Assembly (NCBI GenBank): GCA_963791285.1
Contig: CAWBSC010000024.1
Coordinates: 286,578 to 350,577 of the forward strand
DNA length: 64,000 nt
Origin: an uncultured delta proteobacterium
GTDB taxonomy: Bacteria > Desulfobacterota > Desulfobacteria > Desulfobacterales > SpSt-501
Direction: 5' to 3'
This document shows, piece by piece, positions 33,485 through 43,463 of the stretch (position 1 is the first letter of the stretch; each line of letters opens with the position of its first letter). The notes beneath the pieces were generated by a model, which saw nothing but the letters and a program-made list of their open reading frames with translations, was not told where the DNA came from and made no database searches. The translations under genes and the position numbers were made by a program.

Positions 33485-33771
33485 GCGGGCTGAGAATCGG
33501 GACACGCCGCCGCGGGGCGCGGCTGACCGTGCGAATCAACGGACGACCGGTCACGGCCTACGCCGGGGAAACGGTTTTCGCCGTGCTGGTCGCGGAGGGC
33601 ATCCGGGCGCTCCGACGGTCCACCGAAGGCGCGCCAGGCGCCGCCCGAGGCGGTTTCTGCGGCATGGGCGTCTGCCAGGAGTGCCGCGTCACCGTGGACG
33701 GCCTTCCCGATCAGCGCGCCTGCATGCTCGCGGTGCGCGACGGCATGGAGATCGCGACCGATGCCCGATAG
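33481..33771 (+). CDS. 2Fe-2S subunit (HcnA-like)
   Basis: GETV, FCGMGVCQEC...RAC. Confidence 0.88.
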   Translation: MSGLRIGTRRRGARLTVRINGRPVTAYAGETVFAVLVAEGIRALRRSTEGAPGAARGGFCGMGVCQECRVTVDGLPDQRACMLAVRDGMEIATDAR

Positions 33772-35165
33772 CAAGGCCGACGTCGCCATCGTGGGGGGCG
33801 GGCTCGCCGGGGCTGGCGGCGGCCGACCGGCTCGCCCGCTGCGGGGCCCGCGTCGTGCTGCTCGACGACAACGCGCAGCCGGGCGGCCAGTACCTGCGCG
33901 GGGGTCGGGCGGCCGGGGGCGGGTGGGACCCGCTGAAGCGCCGCGGGCTCGACCTGATCGACCGCGCGGCGTCCATCGGAGTCGAGATCCGGCGCGGGGC
34001 GGAGGTCCTCGGGATCGAACCCGGCTTCGAGCTGCTCGCGGCCCAGGGCGGGGAACTGTCCACGGTCCGCTGCGAGCGCATCCTGCTGGCGACCGGGGCG
34101 CGGGAGCGCTTCATGCCCTTCCCCGGCTGGACGCTGCCGGGCGTCATGTCCACGGGCGCGGCGCAGATCCTGATCAAGCAGTCCGGCATCCTGCCCGCGC
34201 GGCAGACGCTCGTCGGCGGGGCCGGGCTCTTCCTGAACGCGGTCGCCGGCGACATTCTCAAAAACGGCGGCCGGGTGAGCGCCGTGGTCGACGAGGCGGC
34301 GTTTTCGACCGGCCTGCCGCGGCCGGGCCTCGTCTTCGGCGCCTGGCGCAAGTTCGCCGAGGGCGGCGCCGTCCTGGCGCGCCTCCTGGCGTCGCGGACC
34401 CCTATGCTCGCACGCACGCGCATCGTCGCGGCGCGCGGTGACGATTGCCTGCGGGAGGTCGTGACCGCCCGGGTGGACCGAAGCGGGGCGGTCGTGGCCG
34501 GCACCGAACGCATCTCTCGCAGCCGGGGCGCTCGCGGTGGGGTTCGGGTTCACCGCCAACATCGAGGCCGCGCGTCTCGCGGGCTGCGAGGTCGTTCACA
34601 ACGAGGGCTCGGCGGCTGGGTCGTGCGCGTCGATGCGGACCTGGAAACCAGTGTCGCCGGGATCTACGCCGCCGGCGAGATCACGGCGGTCGGCGGCGCC
34701 GCCAAGTCGTGGACCGAGGGGCGGCTTGCGGCCGACGCCATTCTCCGCCGCGCCGGTTTTTTGAAGCCGGGCGAGTTGCAGGCCGAAACCACCGCGCTGC
34801 GGCGCCGGCGCAACGGCCAGATGGCGTTTGCCCGCTATTTCAACTCCCGTCACACCTTCGGACCGGAGTACATGGCGCGCTGGGTTCGGGGTCTTGCGGA
34901 CGAAGTCCCGCTCTGCCGCTGCGAGTCGGTGACGCTCGGGGCCGTGCGCCGGGCGGTCGCCGAGGGCTTCGAGACGCCGGCCGGGGTCAAGAAGGCGACC
35001 CGGTGCGGCATGGGGATCTGTCAGGGGAGCACCTGCCGGACGATCCTCGCGGAGGTCCTGGCCGCCCTGATCGGCCGCTCCGTCGCGCAGGTCCCCCTGC
35101 CCTCGGTGCGCATGCCGCTCAAGCCGGTTTACCTCGGCACCCTTGCGGGTGAGGCTCCCTTCTGA
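33761..35165 (+). CDS. FAD/NAD oxidoreductase with BFD-like 2Fe-2S domain (HcnB/OoxA-like; apparent indel errors)
   Basis: VGGG, PGGQ, ATGARER..PFPGWTLPGV, CRCE...TRCGMGICQG..C. Confidence 0.85.
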
Positions 35166-36051
35166 CGTGGCCCCCGCTTCCCCCACCCGCCACCGCCGCG
35201 ACCGGCCCGTGCTCGGAGGCGTGCTGGTGCTGTGCTCGGCGCTCCTGTTCTCGGGGGTGGGCGCGATCGTGAAGGCGACTGCCTCGGAGCTGCCGATCGA
35301 GGTCATCGTCTTCTTCCGCAACGCCACCGCCTACGCCGCGCTTCTGCCATACCTGCTGCTCGTGCGGCGGGACGTCAGCCTCAAAACCGGTTGCCTGGGC
35401 CTGCATCTCGTGCGGGCGGCGGCCGGGCTCTCAGCCATGTACACCTTTTTCATCGCCGTAAAGCTGCTGCGCCTCGCGGATGCGATGCTCCTGAGCTACA
35501 CGCTGCCGATCTTCATCCCGATCATTGAGCGCATCTGGCTGCGGGAGCCGATCACCCGCCGGACTCAGGCGGCGGTCGCGCTGGGGTTCGTGGGGATACT
35601 GCTGATTCTCAAGCCGGGCTCGGGCCTGTTTCAGCCCGCGGGATTGGTCGGGCTGGCGAGCGGGATCCTGGCGGCGCTCGCGATGGTGGGCATCCGGCGC
35701 ATGGCCGTGTCGGAGCCGGTCGACCGCATTATCTTCTACTTCACCACGTTCGGCACGGCGGTGTCGGCGGTGCCGTTGGCCTGGGCCTGGGAGACCCCAC
35801 AGGGGTCGCTCCTCTGGGCGCTGGTGGCCATGGGGATCCTCGCGATCCTGGCCCAGATGTGCCTCACGCGCGGGTACAGCATGGCGCCGGCCGGGCAGGT
35901 GGGGCCCTGCAACTATGGCAACGTGGTGTTCGCGGCGCTGCTGGGTTGGCTTCTGTGGGGCGAGACCATGGACGGGTTGACCCTGGTCGGAGCGGTCCTG
36001 ACCTGCTCGGCCGGGATCATCGCGACCGTCGGCAGCGACCGCGTCGCGTAG
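35143..36051 (+). CDS. DMT/EamA family transporter
   Basis: about 10 hydrophobic segments in two EamA-like repeats; start uncertain. Confidence 0.85.
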   Translation: MRVRLPSDVAPASPTRHRRDRPVLGGVLVLCSALLFSGVGAIVKATASELPIEVIVFFRNATAYAALLPYLLLVRRDVSLKTGCLGLHLVRAAAGLSAMYTFFIAVKLLRLADAMLLSYTLPIFIPIIERIWLREPITRRTQAAVALGFVGILLILKPGSGLFQPAGLVGLASGILAALAMVGIRRMAVSEPVDRIIFYFTTFGTAVSAVPLAWAWETPQGSLLWALVAMGILAILAQMCLTRGYSMAPAGQVGPCNYGNVVFAALLGWLLWGETMDGLTLVGAVLTCSAGIIATVGSDRVA

Positions 36052-36209
36052 TGAGGCGAACCCGGCGTCGCGGGCCGTGACCCGGCCTTGCGCGGCGGTT
36101 ATGAATGCTCACCTTCCGATCGGTATGCTGCGCTCTTTGATGGAAGCGCCAGGCGCCTTGGCTGACGGCGCAATGCGTGTTTTCATCCGAAAAAAACCGA
36201 GGGGGGAAC

Positions 36210-36568
36210 ATGGAGTGTGAGAGGTGCGGAAATTCGATCGGCGCAGGCGAAAAGCGCGAGCACCTCGGCCGGGTGCTCTGCGAGGACTGTTACATGGATG
36301 CCCTTTCGCCCGCCCGCACCTGCGACCCCTGGGCGGTGCACAGCGCCAAGAGCTTCGGCCGCGACCTCGCCGGGAGATTCGAGCTCACGGATACGCAGCA
36401 GCGGATCCTCGCCTTTCTTGAAGAAACCGGCGGCGCCACGCCCGTCGAGCTGTCTAACGGTTGCAACTCTCGCCCGCGGACCTCGAGCGCGAAATAGCGG
36501 CGCTGCGGCACATGGAGAAAGTGCGCGGGGAGCTGCGCAACGGACAAAAGTACATCCGGGTCTGGTGA
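36210..36568 (+). CDS. zinc-finger plus winged-helix hypothetical protein (frameshift near 36455)
   Basis: CERC...CEDC, CDPWAVHSA; second frame LEREIAALRHMEKVRG. Confidence 0.65.
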
Positions 36569-36570
36569 CC

Positions 36571-37185
36571 ATGGCTGAATCCGCGGCGTTCGAAGCAACC
36601 TACCGGCGCTACCTGTCTCAACTTGGAGCCGAGGATTTGACGTCGGTCGCAAGCCGCCTGGGGGTGGAAGTGACCGTCGAAGCCGCGGTGATTCCGTTCT
36701 TCGGGGAGCCCCACCGGGTCGGACTGAACGGGGTAAACGCGCCGGACGGCCGCAGGCCCCACCTGTCGATCTGCGTGATCCTCTGCCGGTACGTGCTGCT
36801 GTGCCCGTCCTCGGCACCCCGGGCGAACGACTGGGTGTCGTTCAAGGATTTCCGGGATGCGGCGCCGTTGATCGCGAGCTTCGGCAACACCGTCGAGAGG
36901 GCGATCGCCCGCGCGTTCGCGGGCCGTTTGGACGAGCTGCGGCATGCTGCCGCGAGCCTCGGGGGCGGTGCCCCGCCCGGTGCGTTCCCCTACGACCTTG
37001 CCCGGCTGATCCCGGCCCTGCCGAAAGTCCCCGTGCTGTTACTCTTCAACGACGCGGACGCGGAGTTCCCGGCCGCGTGCAGCGTGCTCTTCGAGCGGCG
37101 CGCCGCCGCATACCTGGACATGGAGTGCCTGGCCATGCTGGGGATGCAGCTGGCGCGACGACTTGAGACGGAGAGCCGACCATGA
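36571..37185 (+). CDS. DUF3786 family protein
   Basis: IPFFG, WVSFKDF, LPKVP...DADAEFPA..SVLF...YLDMECL. Confidence 0.8.
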   Translation: MAESAAFEATYRRYLSQLGAEDLTSVASRLGVEVTVEAAVIPFFGEPHRVGLNGVNAPDGRRPHLSICVILCRYVLLCPSSAPRANDWVSFKDFRDAAPLIASFGNTVERAIARAFAGRLDELRHAAASLGGGAPPGAFPYDLARLIPALPKVPVLLLFNDADAEFPAACSVLFERRAAAYLDMECLAMLGMQLARRLETESRP

Positions 37186-37970
37186 GCTACGTGATCATCT
37201 GCCTGACGGCCCTCGTGGTTTCCGGGCTCACTCTGTTCTCGGGTTTCGGACTGGGGACGCTCCTCATGCCGGCCTTTGCCCTCTTCTTCCCGGTCGAGGT
37301 CGCGGTCGGCGCGACCGCCCTGGTGCACCTGGCCAACAACGTCTTCAAGGTCCTTCTGGTCGGACGAAAGGCGGACATGCGGGTCCTACTGCGGTTTGCG
37401 CTACCTGCGGCGGCCGCGGCGGTGGTAGGGGCCTTGCTCCTGACCTGGTTCGCCGACCTACCGTCGATCGCCGGTTACCAAATGGGGGGAAAGACTTTTG
37501 CGATCACACCGGTCAAGCTCGTGGTGGCGGTCCTGATCATGGGGTTCGGGGTGATCGAGCTCTTGCCACGGATGGACACGCTCGCGTTTGATGCGCGCTA
37601 CATCCCCCTTGGCGGCCTCCTGTCCGGGTTCTTCGGTGGGCTTTCGGGTCACCAGGGGGCGCTGCGGTCGGCCTTCCTGCTTCGCGCGGGACTCTCTAAG
37701 GAAGCCTTCATCGGCACCGGGGTGGTTTCCGCCGTGGTCGTGGACGTGACCCGCCTGCTGGTTTACGGCGTCACCGTCTTTTCCGGGCACCTCAGCGCGC
37801 TCGAGCACGAAGGCATGTGGGGGCTCGTGCTGGCCGGGACACTCGCCGCATTCACCGGGGCCTTCATCGGCACCCGCCTGTTGAAGAAGGTCACGCTGCG
37901 GGGCATCCAGGTCGCGGTGGGAATAATGCTGATCCTGCTGGCGGCCTCCCTGGGGGTGGGGTGGGTGTGA
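37182..37970 (+). CDS. TauE/SafE (TSUP) family exporter
   Basis: SGFGLG, GFFGGLSGHQG, multiple TM segments. Confidence 0.85.
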   Translation: MSYVIICLTALVVSGLTLFSGFGLGTLLMPAFALFFPVEVAVGATALVHLANNVFKVLLVGRKADMRVLLRFALPAAAAAVVGALLLTWFADLPSIAGYQMGGKTFAITPVKLVVAVLIMGFGVIELLPRMDTLAFDARYIPLGGLLSGFFGGLSGHQGALRSAFLLRAGLSKEAFIGTGVVSAVVVDVTRLLVYGVTVFSGHLSALEHEGMWGLVLAGTLAAFTGAFIGTRLLKKVTLRGIQVAVGIMLILLAASLGVGWV

Positions 37971-38019
37971 CTGCGCGCTTTTGGCGGCATCCCCCGCATG
38001 GGAAGACGAGGTGCTCGAC

Positions 38020-38440
38020 CGTGGTTTCGGCCGCCAGAACTCGGAATTCCGGGTCACTTCCTCTATATTCCGTATAAACGCGGGCACGAATTCCGGGGGC
38101 GGAGGAAACGTAATGGCCTCCTGATTTGGCGGTGTGGCAGGGAGCTGCTGAGCAAGTCCATGACCGCGGACACCGGGAAAGTGGCGTCATCCGTACCAGG
38201 TGCAAACCCCGACCAGTTTCTCACATGATCTTCCGACCGGAAGAGGTGGATCCGGCTTCAGGCGTCCGGCCAGTTCTCGGCCCAACGGCTCAAGGGGATG
38301 TCCACATAACCGCAAATTTCGGCCGGATCTCGGCTTTCAATCATCCCGTCCCGCACGACCAACCGCAGGGTTTCGCCACAATCGAGCCAGGGCGCATCGA
38401 TTCAAATGGCTTTCCCGGGGAAGACCTATCAGACCGCCTG
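38020..38440 (-). pseudogene. decayed MerB-like organometallic lyase gene with a Sec codon (UGA 38258-38260)
   Basis: minus frame reads [28 protein letters not shown]...[20 protein letters not shown]; C-terminus continues in shifted frames (HYVSSAP / EFVPAFIRNIEEVTRNSEFW); absent from the ORF track. Confidence 0.65.
38222..38248 (-). promoter_or_regulatory. putative SECIS hairpin of the MerB-like relic
   Basis: TCTTCC-GGTC-GGAAGA stem-loop starting 13 nt after the UGA, with an outer CAC/GTG pairing. Confidence 0.65.
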
Positions 38441-38518
38441 TGGACCACGGTATGGGGTACGCAACAGTTGCGGATGCGGATTTCGCGGGGTGCAAGGGCA
38501 GCGTCACCGAGAATAGGG

Positions 38519-38564
38519 TTGACATGCCGGCATTTCATTTTTATAATTCGCCAAAAGACGAAAT
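38519..38564 (+). promoter_or_regulatory. consensus sigma70 promoter with overlapping ArsR operator
   Basis: TTGACA(38519)-17 bp-TATAAT(38542); AATTCGC-N6-ACGAAAT imperfect inverted repeat at 38545-38564. Confidence 0.8.
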
Positions 38565-38577
38565 GAAAGGTAACCCC

Positions 38578-38990
38578 ATGGAATCCGTTCTGTCGATCGC
38601 CCGGGCACTGTCCGACGAGAACCGTGTCCGGGCCCTTCTGGCGCTCGGAGATCAGGAAGTGTGTGTGTGCCAGATCATCGAGCTTCTCAAGCTGGCGCCG
38701 TCGACGGTATCGAAGCACATGTCGATCCTCAAGCAGGCCAAGCTGGTGACGGGCAAGAAGAGGGGGCGGTGGATGTATTACAGCTTGCCCGGGAAGGCCG
38801 CTCCCCCCATCGTCCGCCAGGCGCTCGCCTGGGTGCGGCAAGGGAGTGCCGATGACGAGGGGGTCCAAAAGGACGCAACCCGGATGAAAAAAATCCTGGG
38901 CACGGACCGCGAGCTGATCTGCGAGCGGCAGCGCAGGCAGAACGAGGTCAAAGCGGCCGTGACCGGGCCGGCAATCGGTGTGGACCATGA
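38578..38990 (+). CDS. arsR: ArsR family repressor (3' end unresolved; frame runs on into arsM)
   Basis: ALSDENRVR...EVCVCQI...STVSKH...GRWMYY. Confidence 0.85.
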
Positions 38991-39023
38991 TGAAAGACAT
39001 GAGTCCCGAGACGCGAGGGCATC

Positions 39024-39858
39024 ATGGAAAAGACAGACATTCGGGACATCGTCCGCGAGAAGTATGCCAAGGTCGCGGTGGGGGCGCACAAGTCCTGCTG
39101 TGGCGGCCCTTCATCGTGCTGCGGTTCCGGGAGCACCATCCAGTCCATCGGCGAAACGATCGGCGTATTCGCGCGAGCAGATGACTGCAGTGCCGGAGGG
39201 GGCGAACCTGGGGCTCGGGTGCGGAAACCCCGTGGCGCTGGCCTCGCTTCGGCCGGGGGAGACCGTGCTCGACCTGGGGTCCGGCGCCGGCTTCGACTGC
39301 TTTCTGGCGGCTCAGGCCGTCGGAGATGCCGGCCGTGTGATCGGGGTCGACATGACACCGGAGATGCTGGGAAAGGCGCGCGAGAACGCCCGCAAGGGCG
39401 GTTACGGCAATGTCGAGTTCCGCCTGGGCGAGATCGAGCACCTGCCGGTGGCGGATGCCTCGGTGGACATCATCATCTCCAACTGCGTGATCAATCTCTC
39501 GCCCGACAAGCCGCAGGTCTTTGCCGAGGCCTACCGTGTGCTGCGGCCAGGAGGGCGGCTCACGGTGTCCGACATCGTTCTCTTGAAACCGCTGCCGCCC
39601 GGGCTGGCCAATTCCGTTGCCGCCTACGTCGGCTGCCTGGCAGGGGCGAGCCTCAAGGAAGACTACCTCGGCATGTTGCGCCGGGCGGGGTTCGCGGACG
39701 TGCAGGTGGTCGGAGAAAGCGCGTTCGACATCGGGGACATGGCGCACGACCCGATGGTCAAGGCGATCATCGAGGAGGCTCGCCTCACCCCAGATGAAAT
39801 TTCCGAGGCTGGCCGGTCGGTCGTGAGTCTCAAAGTGGTCGCTACGAAGCGCACGTGA
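39024..39858 (+). CDS. arsM: arsenite S-adenosylmethionine methyltransferase (frameshift near 39165)
   Basis: N-terminal SCCG...[37 protein letters not shown]. Confidence 0.9.
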
Positions 39859-39862
39859 GGTG

Positions 39863-40975
39863 ATGTCAATGGAGCTGAAACCCATTTCCGAATTCAAGAC
39901 GTGCTGCTCAGGTGCTTCACCCAAGAAGGTGGAGCGTGAACCGGCAGGTGCGAACAAGTTCACCTTCAACGAGATCGCCGCCTTCGTCGGGGCCCTGCTG
40001 GCATGGTGGCTGATCTACCAGGGTCTGCCGGCCTTCGCCCGGTACATCACCTACGGGGTTTTCGGGCTGTCCGAGGGGACGCACCTGGCGGCGGCGGTGG
40101 AGTTCTTCATCTACGACACCCCCAAGGTCCTGATGCTGCTCACCATCGTGGTGTTCGGCGTTGGGATCGTCAATCCATTTTTCACGCCGGAGCGCACGCG
40201 CCGCATTCTGGCGGGGAAACAGGAGTCGGTGGGGAACGTGCTGGCGGCCTTGCTGGGGGTCGCGACCCCGTTCTGCTCATGCTCGGCCATCCCGCTCTTC
40301 ATCGGCTTCGTGACGGCCGGCATCCCCCTGGGCGTCACCTTCTCCTTCTTCATCTCCGCGCCGATGGTGAACGAGGTCGCGGTGGTGCTGCTCTACGGGC
40401 TTTTGGGCTGGAAGGTGGCCGCCATCTACATGGGCACCGGGCTGCTCATCGCCATGGTCGCCGGCTGGGTCATCGGCCGGCTGAAGATGGAACGGTACAT
40501 CGAAGGCTGGGTCACCGAGATCCGGGCGGCCGAGGCCCACGTGGAATCCGGCACCCAAACCCTGCGGGACCGGGTGCGATACGGGCTGGAAGCCGTGAAA
40601 GACATCGTCGGCAAGGTGTGGAAATGGATTGTTCTGGGGATTGCCGTGGGCGCGCTCATTCACGGCTACGTGCCCGAGAATTTTCTGGCATCCATCATGG
40701 GCAAAGAAGCATGGTGGTCGGTGCCGATCGCGGTTCTCATCGGCATCCCCATGTACTCCAACGCGGCCGGGATGATCCCGATCGTCCAGGCGCTGCTGGG
40801 AAAGGGTGCGGCCCTGGGCACGGTGCTCGCTTTCATGATGAGCGTCATCGCCCTGTCCCTGCCGGAAATTCTCATCCTGCGGAAGGTGTTGAAAATCCGC
40901 CTGATCGCGACCTTTGTCGGCGTGGTCGGGTTGGGGATCCTGATCGTGGGTTACCTGTTCAACGTAATTATCTGA
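39863..40975 (+). CDS. arsP: ArsP-type (DUF318) permease
   Basis: YDTPKV, TPFCSCSAIP, ISAPMVNE, IPMYSNAAG, LSLPE. Confidence 0.85.
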   Translation: MSMELKPISEFKTCCSGASPKKVEREPAGANKFTFNEIAAFVGALLAWWLIYQGLPAFARYITYGVFGLSEGTHLAAAVEFFIYDTPKVLMLLTIVVFGVGIVNPFFTPERTRRILAGKQESVGNVLAALLGVATPFCSCSAIPLFIGFVTAGIPLGVTFSFFISAPMVNEVAVVLLYGLLGWKVAAIYMGTGLLIAMVAGWVIGRLKMERYIEGWVTEIRAAEAHVESGTQTLRDRVRYGLEAVKDIVGKVWKWIVLGIAVGALIHGYVPENFLASIMGKEAWWSVPIAVLIGIPMYSNAAGMIPIVQALLGKGAALGTVLAFMMSVIALSLPEILILRKVLKIRLIATFVGVVGLGILIVGYLFNVII

Positions 40976-40987
40976 CGGGCAGGATCG

Positions 40988-41587
40988 ATGAACCCTTACA
41001 CCATCTTCCCGGACTGTGAAATCCAGGGCGGCGGAAAGTTCGCGGACACGTTCCGGGCCATGGGGATCCACCGTTTTCTGGAGGCGTGTCGACACGTTCA
41101 CGGGCTGCCCTACGGCTACAACTCCGACCGGGACGACCCGATGAGCCTCTTCAAGGAACGGATGGGTTCGTGCACCACCAAGCACGCGACCATCGCCACC
41201 CTTGCCCGGGAGCTGAGCCTGCCGATCGCACGCGGGGTCGGGATGTACCCCATGACCGAGGCTATCGTCACGGGAGCCGGCCGGATCACGGCCGCCTACG
41301 GCTTGCCCTATGTGCCCATGATTCACTGTTATCTCGAGTACCAGGGCTTGAAGGTGGATTTGACCGAGGGCAATCGCAACGGGAAAAACCGGTCGGTCGA
41401 CGACTTCCTGTTCACCCGGCCCGTGGAGGCGGACATATCCGCCAAGGCGGAGTACCTGATCTACCGTCAGGCCCTGACCGATCTCGTCCGGTCGCGTGAC
41501 GAGCTGCGGGGCATCGACGTCAAGCAGCTCCTGCACGCCCGCGAGGAAGGCATCAAGCTTCTCAGGGGCAACATCGGGCAGGCATGA
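40988..41587 (+). CDS. hypothetical protein with a possible transglutaminase-like Cys-His-Asp triad
   Basis: LPYGYN, GSCTTKH, IHCYL...VDLT. Confidence 0.6.
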   Translation: MNPYTIFPDCEIQGGGKFADTFRAMGIHRFLEACRHVHGLPYGYNSDRDDPMSLFKERMGSCTTKHATIATLARELSLPIARGVGMYPMTEAIVTGAGRITAAYGLPYVPMIHCYLEYQGLKVDLTEGNRNGKNRSVDDFLFTRPVEADISAKAEYLIYRQALTDLVRSRDELRGIDVKQLLHAREEGIKLLRGNIGQA

Positions 41588-41610
41588 AGCGGTGGGAGGG
41601 GTGGGACGAA

Positions 41611-42041
41611 ATGCAGATCACCACGAAACCGGACGAGGCGGCGGTGAAGCGCCTGCTGGCTGAGTCGGGGCTGCCGACGGCCGACATCACCGCCGGGCAC
41701 CTGGAGCATTTCTTCGGCTGCTCCGAGAACGACGACCTCGGGGCGGTGGTCGGGCTCGAACTCTTCGGCGCCGTCGGTCTGCTGCGGTCGCTCGCGGTGG
41801 CCGCCCCGGTCGAGGCCGCGGGGTAGGCAAACGGCTGGTCGCGCACGCGGAGCGCTACGCGCACGAGCGCGGAGTGGAGGCCCTGTATCTGCTGACCACC
41901 ACGGCCGAGCTCTTCTTCCAGCGCCTCGGATACGAGCGGGTGCCGCGGGATGAGGTGCCCGAGGCCATCAAGGCCACCCGCGAGTACGCAGGGATCTGCC
42001 CCGCGAGCTCGGCCGTGATGGCCAGGCGCCTGACCGATTGA
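41611..42041 (+). CDS. arsN2: arsenic-resistance GNAT acetyltransferase, ArsN2-like (frameshift near 41805)
   Basis: LPTADI, LLRSLAV, then RGRGVGKRLV...LYLLTTTA..FF...CPASSAVM. Confidence 0.8.
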
Positions 42042-42085
42042 CGACGATGGTTTGATGCGCCCGGCGCAGCCGCCGGGCGCCGGTT

Positions 42086-43018
42086 TCAGTTCGTGATGAC
42101 CCGCGCCGCTTCCTTGGCGAGCTCCTCTTCGTCGAGCACTCCCTGGTTGCGGGAAATCTCCTTGCCGGCCTTGTCGAAGAACACCTGCGTCGGGACCGAA
42201 CGGATGCCGTAGCGCGCTCCAAGAATCGCCTCGTCGCCCACGTTGACGAACACCACGTTGAGCGTCCCGGTGTGTTTCTGCTGCAGCCCCTCCAGGACCG
42301 GCGTCATCATCTCGCTCGGCACCGACGAGGCGACCGCGAACTGCACGACGCTCGGCTTGCCCGACAGGCGGGCCTGGTCGACGGGGTTGTCCCGGGTGAG
42401 GCGGCTCTGCTGCTCGAACCACTCGCGGTTCACCCGGATCCGGGCGCGCTTCTCCAGCTGTTCGATAAAGGAGGTGAGCACCGCCTGCTGCCGTTCCTGC
42501 AGCAGCATGGCCTGGATGGTGTCTTTGACCTCCTCGAGCGGCGCCTCGCCGATCAAGGCCTTGTTGGCCTCGTAGAATTTCTGGATGTCCTCGTCCGCGA
42601 CCGTGGCCGTCTGAGCCACGTGGCTGGCCAGCCCCTGGATGACCTCCTCGTCGGACACGCCCTCGGTCGTTACGCCGACCGCCTTGGCTTCCTGGAGCAG
42701 AATGGTTCTGGCCACGCGCTGCTCGAGCAGGAAGATGAGGTTTTTCTGGAGTTGCGGGAGATACTCCTGGGGCAGTTCCTGGAGCATCGACTGCAGGTCG
42801 GCGCCGGAGATTTGCGCCTCACCGGCCTCGGCGACGAGGTCGGCCTTTATATCGGCAAGCGTGGCATTCTTGAGCATGCCCATGCTGATGCCCGGGTAGC
42901 GGTCCTCGACGGTGACGACCGCGACCTTGGCGGGTTCCTCCTTGGTGCATGCCCATGCTGATGCCAGTGCGATCAGTGCGATTGCGGCGAGCCGGATGAT
43001 GCTGTGCTGAGCTTTCAT
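42086..43018 (-). CDS. lipoprotein with a SurA/PrsA-like helical domain and a thioredoxin-like domain lacking CxxC
   Basis: AWAC lipobox; IQKFYEANK; FAVASSVPSEMMTP and RSVPTQVFFD. Confidence 0.65.
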   Translation of the reverse strand: MKAQHSIIRLAAIALIALASAWACTKEEPAKVAVVTVEDRYPGISMGMLKNATLADIKADLVAEAGEAQISGADLQSMLQELPQEYLPQLQKNLIFLLEQRVARTILLQEAKAVGVTTEGVSDEEVIQGLASHVAQTATVADEDIQKFYEANKALIGEAPLEEVKDTIQAMLLQERQQAVLTSFIEQLEKRARIRVNREWFEQQSRLTRDNPVDQARLSGKPSVVQFAVASSVPSEMMTPVLEGLQQKHTGTLNVVFVNVGDEAILGARYGIRSVPTQVFFDKAGKEISRNQGVLDEEELAKEAARVITN

Positions 43019-43463
43019 GTTTATGCGTGACCTCCCGTGTTTAAAAGGATTTAAGTTGTCTGCAGCAATAAAGATCCCCTTTTCACCGGCCTTGTTCGGG
43101 TCGGTGCCCCGATTGTTAAATCAGCTCTGCTGTCCGGATCCCTGCTTGCGGTGGTGGCTGAAGGGGGGATAGACGGAGCGCCTTGGTAACCGGGCCGAAG
43201 TGGTTTCGGATCGGAAAGGGCGAAGATGCAGCGATAATCGCTCAAATCGGCGTTTTTTTCAAGCCGAATCCATGGGCCGAGCGCCCCGGTGCCGGCGACG
43301 GGGCAATAGTTCGCCCTGAGCGGGTTTGGAGCCTCCCCGATGGGGGGTATTCAACTATATTTTTTCGCAAGTTTCACCGCATTTTCGCAAGGTAGCCATA
43401 GTATCCTCTCGTGCAGTCTGGTATCCAGAACCAAAACCGTCACCCGAAAGGAGGAAAAAAGAT

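Noticed and set aside
32327-35165. Calling the cluster hydrogen cyanide synthase
   Set aside because: The architecture is shared with several amino-acid dehydrogenases, and the uptake transporter and racemase favour catabolism.
41824-41826. TAG ending the GNAT ORF as possible pyrrolysine
   Set aside because: The acetyl-CoA motif RGRGVG continues in another frame, so this is a simple frameshift.
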